Below are positions 49,087-60,188 of a stretch of DNA of 64,000 nt, in pieces. Location of the stretch: the NCBI GenBank assembly GCA_002269645.1, contig NIVC01002081.1, positions 142,233-206,232 on the forward strand, in the 5' to 3' direction. This DNA is from Macrostomum lignano (lineage: Eukaryota). Positions within the stretch are counted from its first letter, which is position 1; every line of letters begins with the position of its first letter. Both the position numbers and the translations under genes were made by a program. The notes beneath the pieces are model-generated. The model saw only the letters and a list, made by a program, of their open reading frames with translations. It was not told the origin of the DNA and searched no databases.

Positions 49087-49126
49087 CTAGGGTTAGGGTT
49101 AGGGTTAGGGTTAGGGTTAGGGTTAG
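49087..49126 (+). repeat. Interstitial telomeric repeat CTAGGG(TTAGGG)5TTAG
   Basis: Direct reading. Confidence 0.95.
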
Positions 49127-51409
49127 CCCCAAGCAGGAAGTTTGGCGTTCTTCCGCACCCGTGTTTGCTTAAAACTAACGAAAACAGCACGATTTAAGTT
49201 TTTTGTTTACGGTATGACAGCATGCTGGTTGCTGTCTCAGCTTGCTGGTTAATCGAAAAATGATTGTTACAATATCAACAAAGCTAGTTAACTTTTTAGC
49301 GCCAATAAATGCATTCATGTTTTAGTAGCTTGTTGCAGGACTCTCTTTCTGCTGTGGGTTTCTTGTTAGTTAGTTTTAGACATGCATCATGACGGTAGGC
49401 CTAGGCCCTTGCAGCTTAAATTTAAATGCTTTCTACTCGTTGAAGGCACGTGCGTGCGTGCTGCTGGCCGGCAACTAGGAAACTAGGGTCTAAAATCCAT
49501 GTAGTTCTAAAACTGAGCTGGGGTGAAGGCTATGTGGCTAAGCCTACACATGACATGCCTAAACTAGGCTTACTACTATAAGGCATTGAATTAGACCTAG
49601 GTTGTGCTGTACCTGTACTGTAGCTTAGTAGAGATTTTTTAATAAAATAATTGGTTCTAATTCTAAATTCTAATACTATGGTATTAAACGAACTAACAAG
49701 TCTGGTTTATTTAAGTCAAGTTAATTGTGTTGTTTAAAAGGTAATCTAGCCACTTGGTATAGGCCTACTCCTACTCCTAGGCCTAGGCCAGCCCCAGTGG
49801 GCCTAGCCAGGTAGAAGTTTAGTAGTAGGTAGGCGGTAGGCCTAGTAATTGAGTGAGTTGAGTTGAGTAGAAAAAAGTAGGGCCTAAGCCTTTGCTTCCC
49901 ATATAGTCATATGCAAAAAATATCAGTTTTTATTCTAGAGAGTAAGAGAGACTAAGAGTGAGTGCAATTCTAGGTTTAGACCTAATTAGAAAAAATAACC
50001 AGATATTGCTATAAAGTAGGCTATAATGCTAATATTGTATTGGCCATTTAAAAATATTTGACTTTGAAAAAGTTCTTGGCTATAAAGTAGTGTATATTTC
50101 ATTGCTATATTATAATATTAAATAGGCCGGCTTCCAGACAGTCTGGCAACACAGCCATGTCCCACTCATGAGGCCATTCTATCCTCGGAAAACACGGCCT
50201 TGCAGCCCAGCAATGAATGTAGCGGTGTAGTGCTGCATGTATTTCTGGCTTTATTTTACGTTGTATTGAAAACATTTGTGCACATATGCACAAAAAAGTT
50301 CTTTCATTGAAACGGTTATACCCTTTTACATTTTACATATATATTGGCAATGCCAATGGCTTAATTTAATTTAAGCAGTTCTATACACCTAAAAATATGG
50401 GCCCTAAAATTTATGCTTTTTCTTCAGTTAGTGTTATGGTATATAAAAGGCGCATATATCCAAGACCTATCTATATAATATAATGGTATTTCTATATATA
50501 AATAGTAATGTTAATTGCTAAATAAAAAATAGAGCTTGACTAGTAAACCATTTGCTAGTATATAACTGGGTTATTATTTTTTATTAACAGAGCCAGATTT
50601 GTCTATATTGTTGATATATTTCTAGCCAAAGCATTATAGTATTAGTTGCCTATATTAGCTATTAGCTATGCCTTGCCTAGATATAGTATAGGGCCTTAAT
50701 TCTATCTAGCCTAGGATAGAACTCTATAGCTTTAAGGACTTAATTTTAATGTAGGCCTATTAAGTTTTTAATCCATTTTACACAAAATTGACTATTTGAT
50801 TTGATATCAAACCTATTTAATTTAAGCCCTAGGCCTAGCCAAAATAAATCATTGCTAAATAGAATTGAAATTTAAAATTAAATATACTAGGCCTAGCCTA
50901 CCAAAATTTATATATACCAAGTTATATATAGTGCTAGGCCTAGGGCTAAAGAAAAGTTGAACCCTAATAATACTATTAATTATACTAATGAATTAGTGAG
51001 TAAACTTGAAGCCTGCCTACTAGGCCTAATATAAATAATTAAGCATACAAGCAAATATTAGAGATTTAGTATATTTGGTTTGGATTAATATATTCTAATT
51101 AGGTCTATATTTGATTCAAAATAGCTAAGCCTACCTAAGCTTTAGCTCAGGCTAAAGATAAAAGCATGAATTTAGCCTTTTTATTGGATTAAAATATGTT
51201 TAGTTAGCATGCTTGGGTTGGGTGTAAACCCTTTTTCATCTTTCTATATCCTCTTTTCTTATTCTCTATCTTCTATCCTTATACTCTTTTCTACCCTTTT
51301 TACCCTCCCCTCACCTTTTGATCCTATCCTCTTCAACCTATCTCTACCCTCTTCTACTAGGTTCTACCCTTGTTTATAGCTTTACATTTATTTGTGGCTT
51401 CATTCTCTT

Positions 51410-52200
51410 AGCCCTAGCCCTAGCCCCAGCTTAGCCCTAGCTTGAGATCAAGCCCCAGCTCAAGCTCTAGCCACACCACAGCCCTAGCAGCCAGCTCTAG
51501 CTTAAGCTCAAGCACTAGCCCAGTCCTAGCCCTATCCCACTCTATCCCAGCCCCTAATCTAGCCCTAACCTTAGCCCTAGCCCTAGTTCCTCCCCTAGCC
51601 CTGGCCTTAGCCTTAGTGCTTGTTATCCCTGCCCCAGCTCTGGCCCTATCACTATCCTGCCCCAGCCCTAGCCCTTGCCCTAGCCCCAGCCCTAGCCCCA
51701 GCCCCAGCCTTTGCCCTTGCCCTAGCCTTAGCCCAAGCCCCAGCCTTAGCCCCAGCCCCAGCCTTTGCCCTAGCCTTAGCCCAAGCCCTTGCCCTAGCCT
51801 TAGCCCAAGCCCAAGCCCAAGCCCAAGCCCTAGCCCTAGCCCTTGCCCCTGCCCTAGCCCTAGCCCCAGCCCTTGCCCTAGCCTTAGCCCTAGCCTTAGC
51901 CCAAGCCCAAGCCCAAGCCCTAGCCCAAGCCCTAGCCTTAGCCTAAGCCCTTGCCCCTGCCCCTGCCCCTGCCCCTGCATTTGCCCTAGCCCCAGCTCCA
52001 GCCCCTGCCCTTGCCCTAGCCCTAGCCCCAGCCCCTGCCCTTGCCCTAGCCCTAGCCCTAGCCCCAGCCCTACCCCACCCCCAGCCCTACCCCACCCCAG
52101 TGCCAGCCCTACCCCATCTCAGCGCCAGCCCTACCCCATCCCAGTCTTGGCCCTAGACCCCCAGAACTGGCCCTTTCACTATCCTAGCCCTAACCCCAGC
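51410..52200. repeat. Degenerate hexamer array (ccctag/ccccag/ccttag/cccttg/cccaag)
   Basis: Direct reading; source of the GLGLG and PSPSP ORFs. Confidence 0.9.
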
Positions 52201-53118
52201 AGAATTATACTTCTTTGACTCCTGCACCCCTGCACTCCCTACACCCCGTGCACTCCACATGTGCTGTTTGTATTTTTATGAATGCTTTTTTGTTGCTTTA
52301 ATCATTAATTCCTCCCAGGCAGTCCTTCTAGGCTATCTTTCCTAGGCAGCCCCCAGGCAAACCTTTCAAGGCAGCTTTCCCAGGCAAACCCTCCCAGACA
52401 GCCCCCCACCCTCCTCTACTCTTCTATCCTCTCCTTACTCTTCTCTACCCTTTATCCTCCTACTCTCCTCTACTATCCTACACACCTCTATCCTTCTCTA
52501 CCCTCTACCCTTTCTCTACCCTCTTCTACCAGCTCCTCCCCTCCTCTGCAGCTATACCCTTGTCTATTGCCTTAACCTCCGTTACCAGCCTCACCCCCTA
52601 CTCTCCTCTACCAGCTCCTACCCTTCTCTGCCCTTCTACCATTTCCTACCCTCCTACCTTCTACTCTCCCCTGCCCTGCTCTACCCTTCGACACTTTCCC
52701 TTCTCTCTTCTACCAGCTCCTACCCTCCTCTACCAACTCTTACCCTCCTAGCCTCCGCCATCAGCTCCTACCCTCCTATAACAGGAGGAATAACAGGATA
52801 ATGAACCTAGATTAGATTCTATCTACTATACTAGGTTAGTAGCCTATCCTACCTACTAGGCTAGTAAATATAATACCTATCATTCTACCGTCTAGACTTA
52901 TAGGTGCTAATCTACTTTATAGTCTGTTAGGCTTCGCGGGTCAACCTGCTAGTCTTCTAGGTACAAATCCACTCTATCTACCTGACTAGTAGTTGCTAAA
53001 CAACTCTGTACCCTACAAGGCTAGTAGTCCTAATATACCTATCTACGAGCTCGTACTAGGCAAGTTGTGCATAACTGCCCTACCTTATATGCTAATAGTT
53101 GCTCAAATATTCCTTTTA

Positions 53119-53995
53119 ACAACAACAACAACAAAATACGCTGTCATGATGGTAAAGGTCAGCGTCACAGGGCGCGCTTCATGGCTTGGGCGCGAACAAA
53201 GGCCGCGCCACCGGCAGTGTCCGGGGCGCCGGCGTCAGCCAGCAGACAGTCGACATAACGCCGAGTTCGCGCTTGACCTCGCCGGTAGGGTGCCTGCAGC
53301 GTGAGCAGCAGCACCTCCTGCACCGGCTGTGGGCAGTACGACTCGGCGCGGATGAGATGGCCTGCGAGCTGGAGTCGCCGACGGCGCAGTAGATCACTTG
53401 GACGTGGCAGGCCAGCGCGGCGATAGAGTGCCGCGTTGGTGACTCGCTCGACGCCGATGTTGAAGGCGGCGCGCAGCAGACCAGCGTGCGCCGCATCGAC
53501 TTGCTGTTCGAGTGAGTCCGTCAGCGTCCAGGTCTCGGCGTTGTACAGCAGGACGGTCTCGATTACCGCCTGGAACAGCGCCGCCCTCTGGCGGTCCGGT
53601 AGGGCCTCGGACTGCAGGACTGCCCTCACAGAACGAAAGGCAGCCCAGGCAAGCCCGCGGCGGCGTCGCAGGTCCTCGCGAGCGTCTGGAACCAGACCGC
53701 CGAGGTAGACGAACTGCTGACATCGCGGGAGTTCGGTCGCCTGCCCGTCAGCGCCTCGGCAAAATATTGCAGCCTCGATGTCGTCCGGCACGCAGAGCAC
53801 AACGGTCTTCTGCGTGTTGACCACCAGGCCGACACTCGCCGCAACGGCAACCAGCCTGTCCAGCTGCCGTTGGGCGCCCTCGACGGTCGAGGACAGCAGG
53901 GCGAGGTCATCGGCGTAGCCAAGCACGCTGAGCCGCTTCTCCGGTTGACGTCGACCCACGCGTCGCTGCAGCAGAAAACCGTCGTCGTCGGTAGG
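53119..53995 (-). mobile_element. 5'-truncated RTE-clade non-LTR retrotransposon (RT C-terminal half), young
   Basis: Uninterrupted frame with GYADDLALL, VVNTQKT, FVYLG, LLYNAETWTLT and RRRLQLAGH motifs; (TTG)n 3' tail. Exact 10-bp TSD ATTCCTTTTA at 53109-53118 and 53996-54005. Confidence 0.92.
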
Positions 53996-56900
53996 ATTCC
54001 TTTTAGAAGCTTCTGAGTAGTTGAAGTCAGTTTGCTTAAGGTCTTTCACTCTCCCTTTTTCTCTTTGCTATTCTCCCCTAGCCTTGATATTCTTCTCCTT
54101 ACCCATCCTTGCTATTCTCTTACCTTCCTTCTATTACTGTTTTTTTCTTTTATATTCCCTGCTGAACTTCCCCTCCTCCTCTATCCTTTTCATTCCCTTC
54201 CTCCTCTATCCTTGTTGCTATTTCCCTTCTCCATTCTCCTTGTCCCCCATTCTCCTTGCTATTCCTCTTTGCTTTGCTCCTTTTTCTCCCCTTCAGACCC
54301 AGCCCTTTACTCCCTTTCAGACCTGACCCTCTCCTCCATTCAGTACCCACCCTCTCCTCCCCTTCAGATTCCACCCTCTCCTCCCCTTCAGATTCCACCC
54401 TCTCCTCCCCTACAGATCCCACCCTCTCTTCCCCTTCAAACCCTCTTCTCCCCTTTAGACCCCAGCCTCTTCTCCCCTTCAGACCCCACCCTTTTCTTCT
54501 TTCCAGCCTCACCTCGTAGCTCTGCTAATTAAACTTTAACTATTCTTTTCAGAAGAAGTGAAGAAGAATTTATCTCCTTCCTCTCTTCAGAATATCCTCG
54601 CATCGGTCTTGTGGTCATTCTACGTGCCGTAGCGACTGGTCGCAGCAACCATAACTCTCTACCGCCGCCGTAATGGCACCTGACGTACTGTCCAACCTGT
54701 TCAACACGACCTCAGGGTGCTGCAGAGCGACACACTTGCGGCCTACCTTTTCGTTTTGGTGCTCGATGGGGTGCTACGGAGGGCCCTGCCAACAGATGAG
54801 GACGGCTTCCTACTGTGGCTGCAAACAAACAGCCGCCATCTGGAGTCGGCGTAACCCAGGAGCTGTTGGAGCTGTTTGCCTCTACGGCTGAGGGAGCCCA
54901 GCGCATGCTAGACAGCCTGGTGGCAGCTGCGGCATCGGTCGGGCTAGCGGTAAACATCGAGAAGAGGCAGGTGATGTGTACCTGCGGAGCTGCCTATCAA
55001 AATCACCTGCTGGGACGCCCGACGATCGTGCATTGGCTCTACCTCGCTGCACGCGCTTCACGTACCTCGGCAGTCTTGTGCCCAGTGTCCAGGAGGACTT
55101 GGCGCGACGCAGGGGCCTGGCCTGGGTTGCCTTCCGCTCTATCCGAGTTGTCCTGTAGGACGCCGCGCTGCCAGACTGCTGCGACGACCTAGCGAGACCC
55201 TCCGCAGGCAAAGACTTCAACTGGCGGGCCACACCATTCGGCGGAGGCTTACTGTTCTCAACCAGTGCAGGACGTCCTGCTACTCACGATGCAGGGCCCC
55301 TGGCCCCGAGGCTACGGCCGGGCGAGCCGCTACGCGGATTGCTTGCTAGATGACGCTGGGGTGATCGGCTAGGAATTCTGTTGCCGCCTTCAGAGAGCTC
55401 GCACCGAGAAAACTGATCTGACACCACCTCCGTTGTGAACTGTACTCTGTTGAGTCCCCGGCGGTTTGCCTTGTTGTTGTCTCTACAGAATAATTTGCCC
55501 AGCTGCGAACTGTGATGGTGCATATCGCGTACTCACGATTCAAAAGTTTATGCTTCTTACTGTTTCACTGATCTAATTCCAAACCTACCACGCAAACTAT
55601 TTACTTTTAATTCCGTGTGCTTTTCTTGTGTTTTACTTTTTACCGTTTGGTGTCAATGCTATTTATTGCGTGTAATATTGTCGCAAAATTCAACTTCGGA
55701 TGTCAATATTTAGCTACTGCCGCTGTTCTGCATTACAAATACTTCCGCATGTACTGACGTAACATTGCGCCAATAATTTTACATTGCGTGGCGTCGAAAC
55801 CAATCTGCTGTTGAATGCTACTAGCGTAGCTAATGGCCGTTTGAATCTCTTGAAATACACTAAAATGTCATGCTGTAGTATTGCTGTTGAAGATCTAAAC
55901 GAGACTAGCCATACTCCCTACTGATCCATATGCTTCTCAAGCAAGGTATACGGAAAGCAGAATGAGCAGCAAACTTAGTATTTGATCTTTGGATCCCTTA
56001 TAGAACCAAGGGAAGGGATCTAGTCTAGATGTAACATTTAAATAAAAATTCTTGATATAATGGAATGCAATAAATGCCAACCGAAGTAATTTTTTAACTT
56101 CCACTTTCCCCGAGTTTGACCACTTTCTCTGCTACAGGCTTAAGCTAAACCAACGCAAAATACGAGCCTGAATAAAAAACAACTCACTCCACAACCTTAA
56201 GCTTCATATTTCTTTCTGCCACTGCTGTGTCTTGCAATACTCATAAATCCTGTGACTTCGCTTCACAGATGTTGCTTGAGAAACATATGCCGTCCCATTT
56301 GAATTGGCGCAAGTCTCTTTTACATCGTCAAAAGCAATATGTCTGGTGCCAATTATATTTGTGCCGATCAAACTTCCTAGAGAATGATTTGTTGATAACT
56401 ACATGTCCCTGTCTTGAAGCTTGCACGCTGTCTTTAACCATTATTTTGTCGGTGTACAACGTGGAACCGATCAGACAAGTTGGTCGTAAATTCCCTAAAA
56501 TCCTGGATAGGGGCTGAGCTGTTGGGGAAGAGCTAGGCGGCAAGCAGCGGAGCTGTTGGGGGAGCCGCGGTAGGCAGCGGAGCTGTTGGGGAGCCGCGGT
56601 AGGCAGCGGAGCTGTTGGGGGAGAGGCGGTAGGCAGCGGAGCTGTTGGGGGAGCCGCGTTAGGCAGCGGAGCTGCTGGGGGAGCCGCGGTAGGCAGCGGA
56701 GCTGTTGGGGAAGAGCTAGGCGGCAAGCAGCGGAGCTGTTGGGGGAGAGGCGGTAGACAGCGGAAATGTTGGGGGAGCCGCGGTAGGCAGCGGAGCTGCT
56801 GGGGGAGAGGCGGCAAGCAGCGGAGCTGTTGGGGGAGCCGCGGTAGGCAGCGGAGCTGTTGGGGGAGAGGCGGTAGGCAGCGGAGCTGTTGGGGGAGCCG

Positions 56901-57135
56901 CGTTAGGCAGCGGAGCTGCTGGGGGAGCCGCGGTAGGCAGCGGAGCTGTTGGGGGAGAGGCGGTAGACAGCGGAAATGTTGGGGGAGCCGCGGTAGGCAG
57001 CGGAGCTGCTGGGGGAGAGGCGGCAAGCAGCGGAGCTGTTGGGGAGCCGCGGTAGGCAGCGGAGCTGTTGGGGGAGAGGCGGTAGACAGCGGAAATGTTG
57101 GGGGAGCCGCGGTAGGCAGCGGAGCTGTTGCGGGA
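53437..57135. repeat. Left arm of a large inverted duplication
   Basis: Reverse-complement match to 60421-64000: 64000 pairs with 53437, and the mirrored ORFs 56227-56517/60939-61229 and 54673-54891/62562-62780 translate identically. Confidence 0.93.
54595..55479 (+). pseudogene. Older degenerate RTE-clade LINE fragment
   Basis: Frameshifted APDVLSNLFNTTSG/VLQSDTLAAYLFVLVLDGVLRRALPTDEDGFLL and FTYLGSLVP...DLARRRGLAWVAFRS; (TTG)3 tail. 13-bp TSD TCTCT(T/A)CAGAATA with one mismatch at 54582-54594 and 55480-55492. Confidence 0.85.
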
Positions 57136-57150
57136 GGCGGGTAGGCCGGA
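56513..57150. repeat. 30-bp GC-rich minisatellite (gggggagccgcggtaggcagcggagctgtt) at the inner end of the left arm
   Basis: Direct periodicity; mirrored at 60421-60943. Confidence 0.92.
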
Positions 57151-57744
57151 GCTTTGAGAGTTGTATGTGGCGGCAGAAATAGATATTTCTAAGCAGAAAA
57201 TTGGAAAATTCTTATTTTTTCGGTACGGCCTATAATCGTTTATGCCCCAAAGCCTTGCTACATGTACATTCAGAAGTTACAGAAGCATGATTTTATATAT
57301 TATTTTATTGAGGGTCATATTTGTTACTTCAGCTGTATGCAGTACTATATGTACATGTATTCTCCAGCAACACTATTTTGGTTCGAAACGATCAAGTGCC
57401 GCGGCTCGAGTGTTAAGTACCAAATGTTTAGAGTTCATTTATTCCCCAGACAAATTGACTGCAGTCAAATTGCGGCAATCAATTTTTGAAAACCTAGGGC
57501 TAAGGCGTTAAATGGGGGTAGGGACTGGGACTGCAGAGCCCCCTCTCTCTCTCTCTCGCGACAGCTTAAATTAGTAAATGAAGTAAATGATCGGAAACTA
57601 AGCCTTACAGGCATCAAGTTAGAGTGGAGTAGAGCACCCAGGTCACAGCCCTAGCAACATTTAAAACCGTCACCCAGATGCCAGATGGTAATACATGTTT
57701 ACTGTACGAGCCGTACCTTTTTGTAACCAAGTTTGCCAAAACTA

Positions 57745-58332
57745 CACTCAGCAACAGTCAAAACCGCCACCCTACCGAGAGAGGCGACTTCTCTCTCACC
57801 TCAACTGCAAGTGACGTAACTTGCGCCACGGCGTGGCTAAAGCTGGGTGAGAGTGAATGCAGGAGAGGGCAATCTGCTTCTTTCACCCCACATTAGACAG
57901 AGCAGGGTGGCTGCTGGCGCGGTCGAAGTTCGCCTGACAATCCGCAGCAGACGTCAATTTGCCCTGGCTGTTGAGCCGCGGAGATCATGGCGCTGGCTGC
58001 CTATGGCTGCATGCTGAACACTACCAGTCTCTTGGGATTTCGTTAACAGCGCTCGAATTGTTGAACGTGATCGACCAAATTGGCGAGCAACTGCGCTGAT
58101 GGATGCACCAGCTTCTGGCATGCCAACAGCGCGCCATCGTTCAGCGTCTGTCATTGCCTGACCATTGTCACGTGTACTGTTGCACCCCCAACCCCAGTCC
58201 CTTTTGTACTCTCACCCTGGAATTCACTCTCACCCAGCTTTAGCCACGTGGCGCAAGTTACGGCACTTGCAGTTGAGGTGAGAGAGAAGTCGCCTCTCTC
58301 GGTAGGGTGGCGGTTTTGACTGTTGCTGAGTG
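57745..58332 (-). mobile_element. Tc1/mariner deletion derivative, 588 bp, with about 112-bp TIRs and a transposase HTH remnant
   Basis: TA at both flanks (57743-57744, 58333-58334). TIRs begin cactcagcaacagtcaaaaccgcc. The - strand TDAERWRAVGMPEAGASISAVARQFGRSRSTIRALLTKSQETGSVQ is a Tc1 paired-like N-terminal HTH. Confidence 0.88.
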
Positions 58333-59034
58333 TATACATGTACGAGTATAAGAGTATAGAATCAACTTCGGGCACTGCTGGCAAGCGGGAAGTGCGCATA
58401 GGAAGGGTGGGCACCGCAAAAAAACTGCACCTTAATGTAGGAGCAAAAGAATATGAGCTCTACTCAATTGGCACAAAACTTTTATTTTCAACGAAAATAC
58501 CCCATACATGTATAATGACTACTGACTACACTACTATTTACCAAATTTCAGGGGCTTGGCTGGCTATGGGATGAATGGGGGCTTCAGGCCAAAGTCTCCC
58601 CTCCTAAATCTTTCGTTGAAAGCAGCGTGTTGTCCTCGGTCAATATAGAACTATTAATGAGTATATCACTGCTGGTATTTTTAAACAGAAAGTGAAGTCA
58701 CTGACTAGAATTTTCTTGGTCACATATGATCGAATTAATCGTTTCAGTCTCTTGACGAATTGGATGGAAATTAAGCATGGCAATCGAATTATTTTAGATG
58801 ATGCAATAATGGGATCAGTCCGGAATAAAAAGTGCAGTCAAACAGTCAAAAGTTCCATCCTCCAAGCGAGATGAAAATTTTCTCACTTATCACAACTTTT
58901 CACTCGCAATCCGCCCTCAACGCGCAACTAAGCTGCCGCGGGGAAGGGAAAGTTGATTGAATCAATAAACGTCAGTCGCACAAAATCAACAGTTTGTTCA
59001 TTTTTATGCAATGTGCAGTTTCAATCGCGGTGGG

Positions 59035-59332
59035 TTATAACGCGTGTGGGATCCCCTCGCACACAGAAGTGCGGCGACTGCGGGGCATTCCAAAGGATGA
59101 GGCGGCGCAGAAAGTCCTGGGGAAGCTGCTGTCAAGCGTTTTCGATGACATGACGAAACTCCACAACATTCTGTGGTGGATTCTCTTTTTGAATGCCGCG
59201 TTTTAGGAAGTCCCAGACATTACTCGATGGGGTTCATGTCTGGGGACCGGGACCAGCGCAGGTGCGCAGCTGTAGCTGTTCTTTCGGTTGACTAACAGCA
59301 TCGGCTCGGTGTGGCGGTGCGTTGTCCTGTGC
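59035..59332 (-). pseudogene. Tc1-like transposase C-terminal relic
   Basis: Frameshifted QDNAPPH ... RSPDMNPIE / NVWDFLKRGIQKENPPQNVVEFRHVIENA*QQLPQDFLRRLI. These are the QDNAPxH and SPDLNPIE motifs of Tc1 DDE domains. Confidence 0.82.
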
Positions 59333-59604
59333 AACCCCAAGTGCCAATGAGCTTCGCGCATGCCGTAAGTTGCATCATTCGCAATAAATGATAAATATAC
59401 TTACTCCACAGATATTACGAGTTAAAGGGTAGGCGGAGAGAGCCCTTTCTGACATAAACTGAATAAAACAGGCAACACAATACTACAGTAGCTAGTGTAT
59501 TTTATAGGAGCAAAATGAAGGGGTAGGCTGAATTTGCTGAGCGAGTGGATTGCTTCAGTATTCAATTTTCAACATGGAAGAAGTGGATATCAACATTGAC
59601 ATGA

Positions 59605-59740
59605 ATGTCAACTTTTGACTGCTGGACAATCTGTAGCAACGACACTTCATCGGGCTGGACTGCCCAAGGGTGATGTCGCACGTGATTTCGAGCGTATTCA
59701 TCAAAAACTTCAGCTTCAAGAAAAAATTAATGAGTGGCTC
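59605..59740 (+). pseudogene. Possible second Tc1-like N-terminal HTH remnant
   Basis: LTAGQSVATTLHRAGLPKGDVARDF loosely resembles Tc1 N-termini. Confidence 0.3.
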
Positions 59741-60015
59741 TACAATCGGTCTCGTTTTGAATTCTCAGGCAACAATTTAATGACTTTTGGCCATAGACGG
59801 CCATTCCACTGGTAAAGAAAGAGCCAAGGAAGTAAGATATGAATTGTTATGTTTATATACATGTAATATACGAGTACATACATGTAAATTAATCTCCGCT
59901 CCCTGTATAGATCCATCGTGGCTGACAGGCAGCGAATTAAATTATAGAATAATACATTTAAACTCGGATATTAGTTAGTACACTACGGGACGAACTCATC
60001 GGCTTCGTAAAAGGG

Positions 60016-60188
60016 GGGATTTCATAAGACCGAAATTTCACAACGCCAAAAACTCAAAATGCAGGGCCCTTTGACCTTGGTCAGTTTTCGGCGTTGTGTC
60101 TCGGTCGGTCTTATGAAGTTTCGGTCTTGTGAAAGCATCGTGCAGTAGTTTTAGGCGTTGTAAAATTTCGGTCTTATGAAAGCGACCC
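60016..60188. mobile_element. About 175-bp MITE with about 40-bp TIRs
   Basis: Left gggatttcataagaccgaaatttcacaacgccaaaaact vs right (reverse complement) gggtcgctttcataagaccgaaattttacaacgcctaaaact. Confidence 0.75.

Noticed and set aside
48516-49090. RT/RNase H or GIY-YIG motif in the block next to TTAGGG (e.g. GFLGLVKK)
   Set aside because: Only a few residues match, with no supporting neighbouring motifs; not called.
51420-52218. GLGLGL / PSPSPC / ALALAL proteins
   Set aside because: All are frames of one hexamer array.
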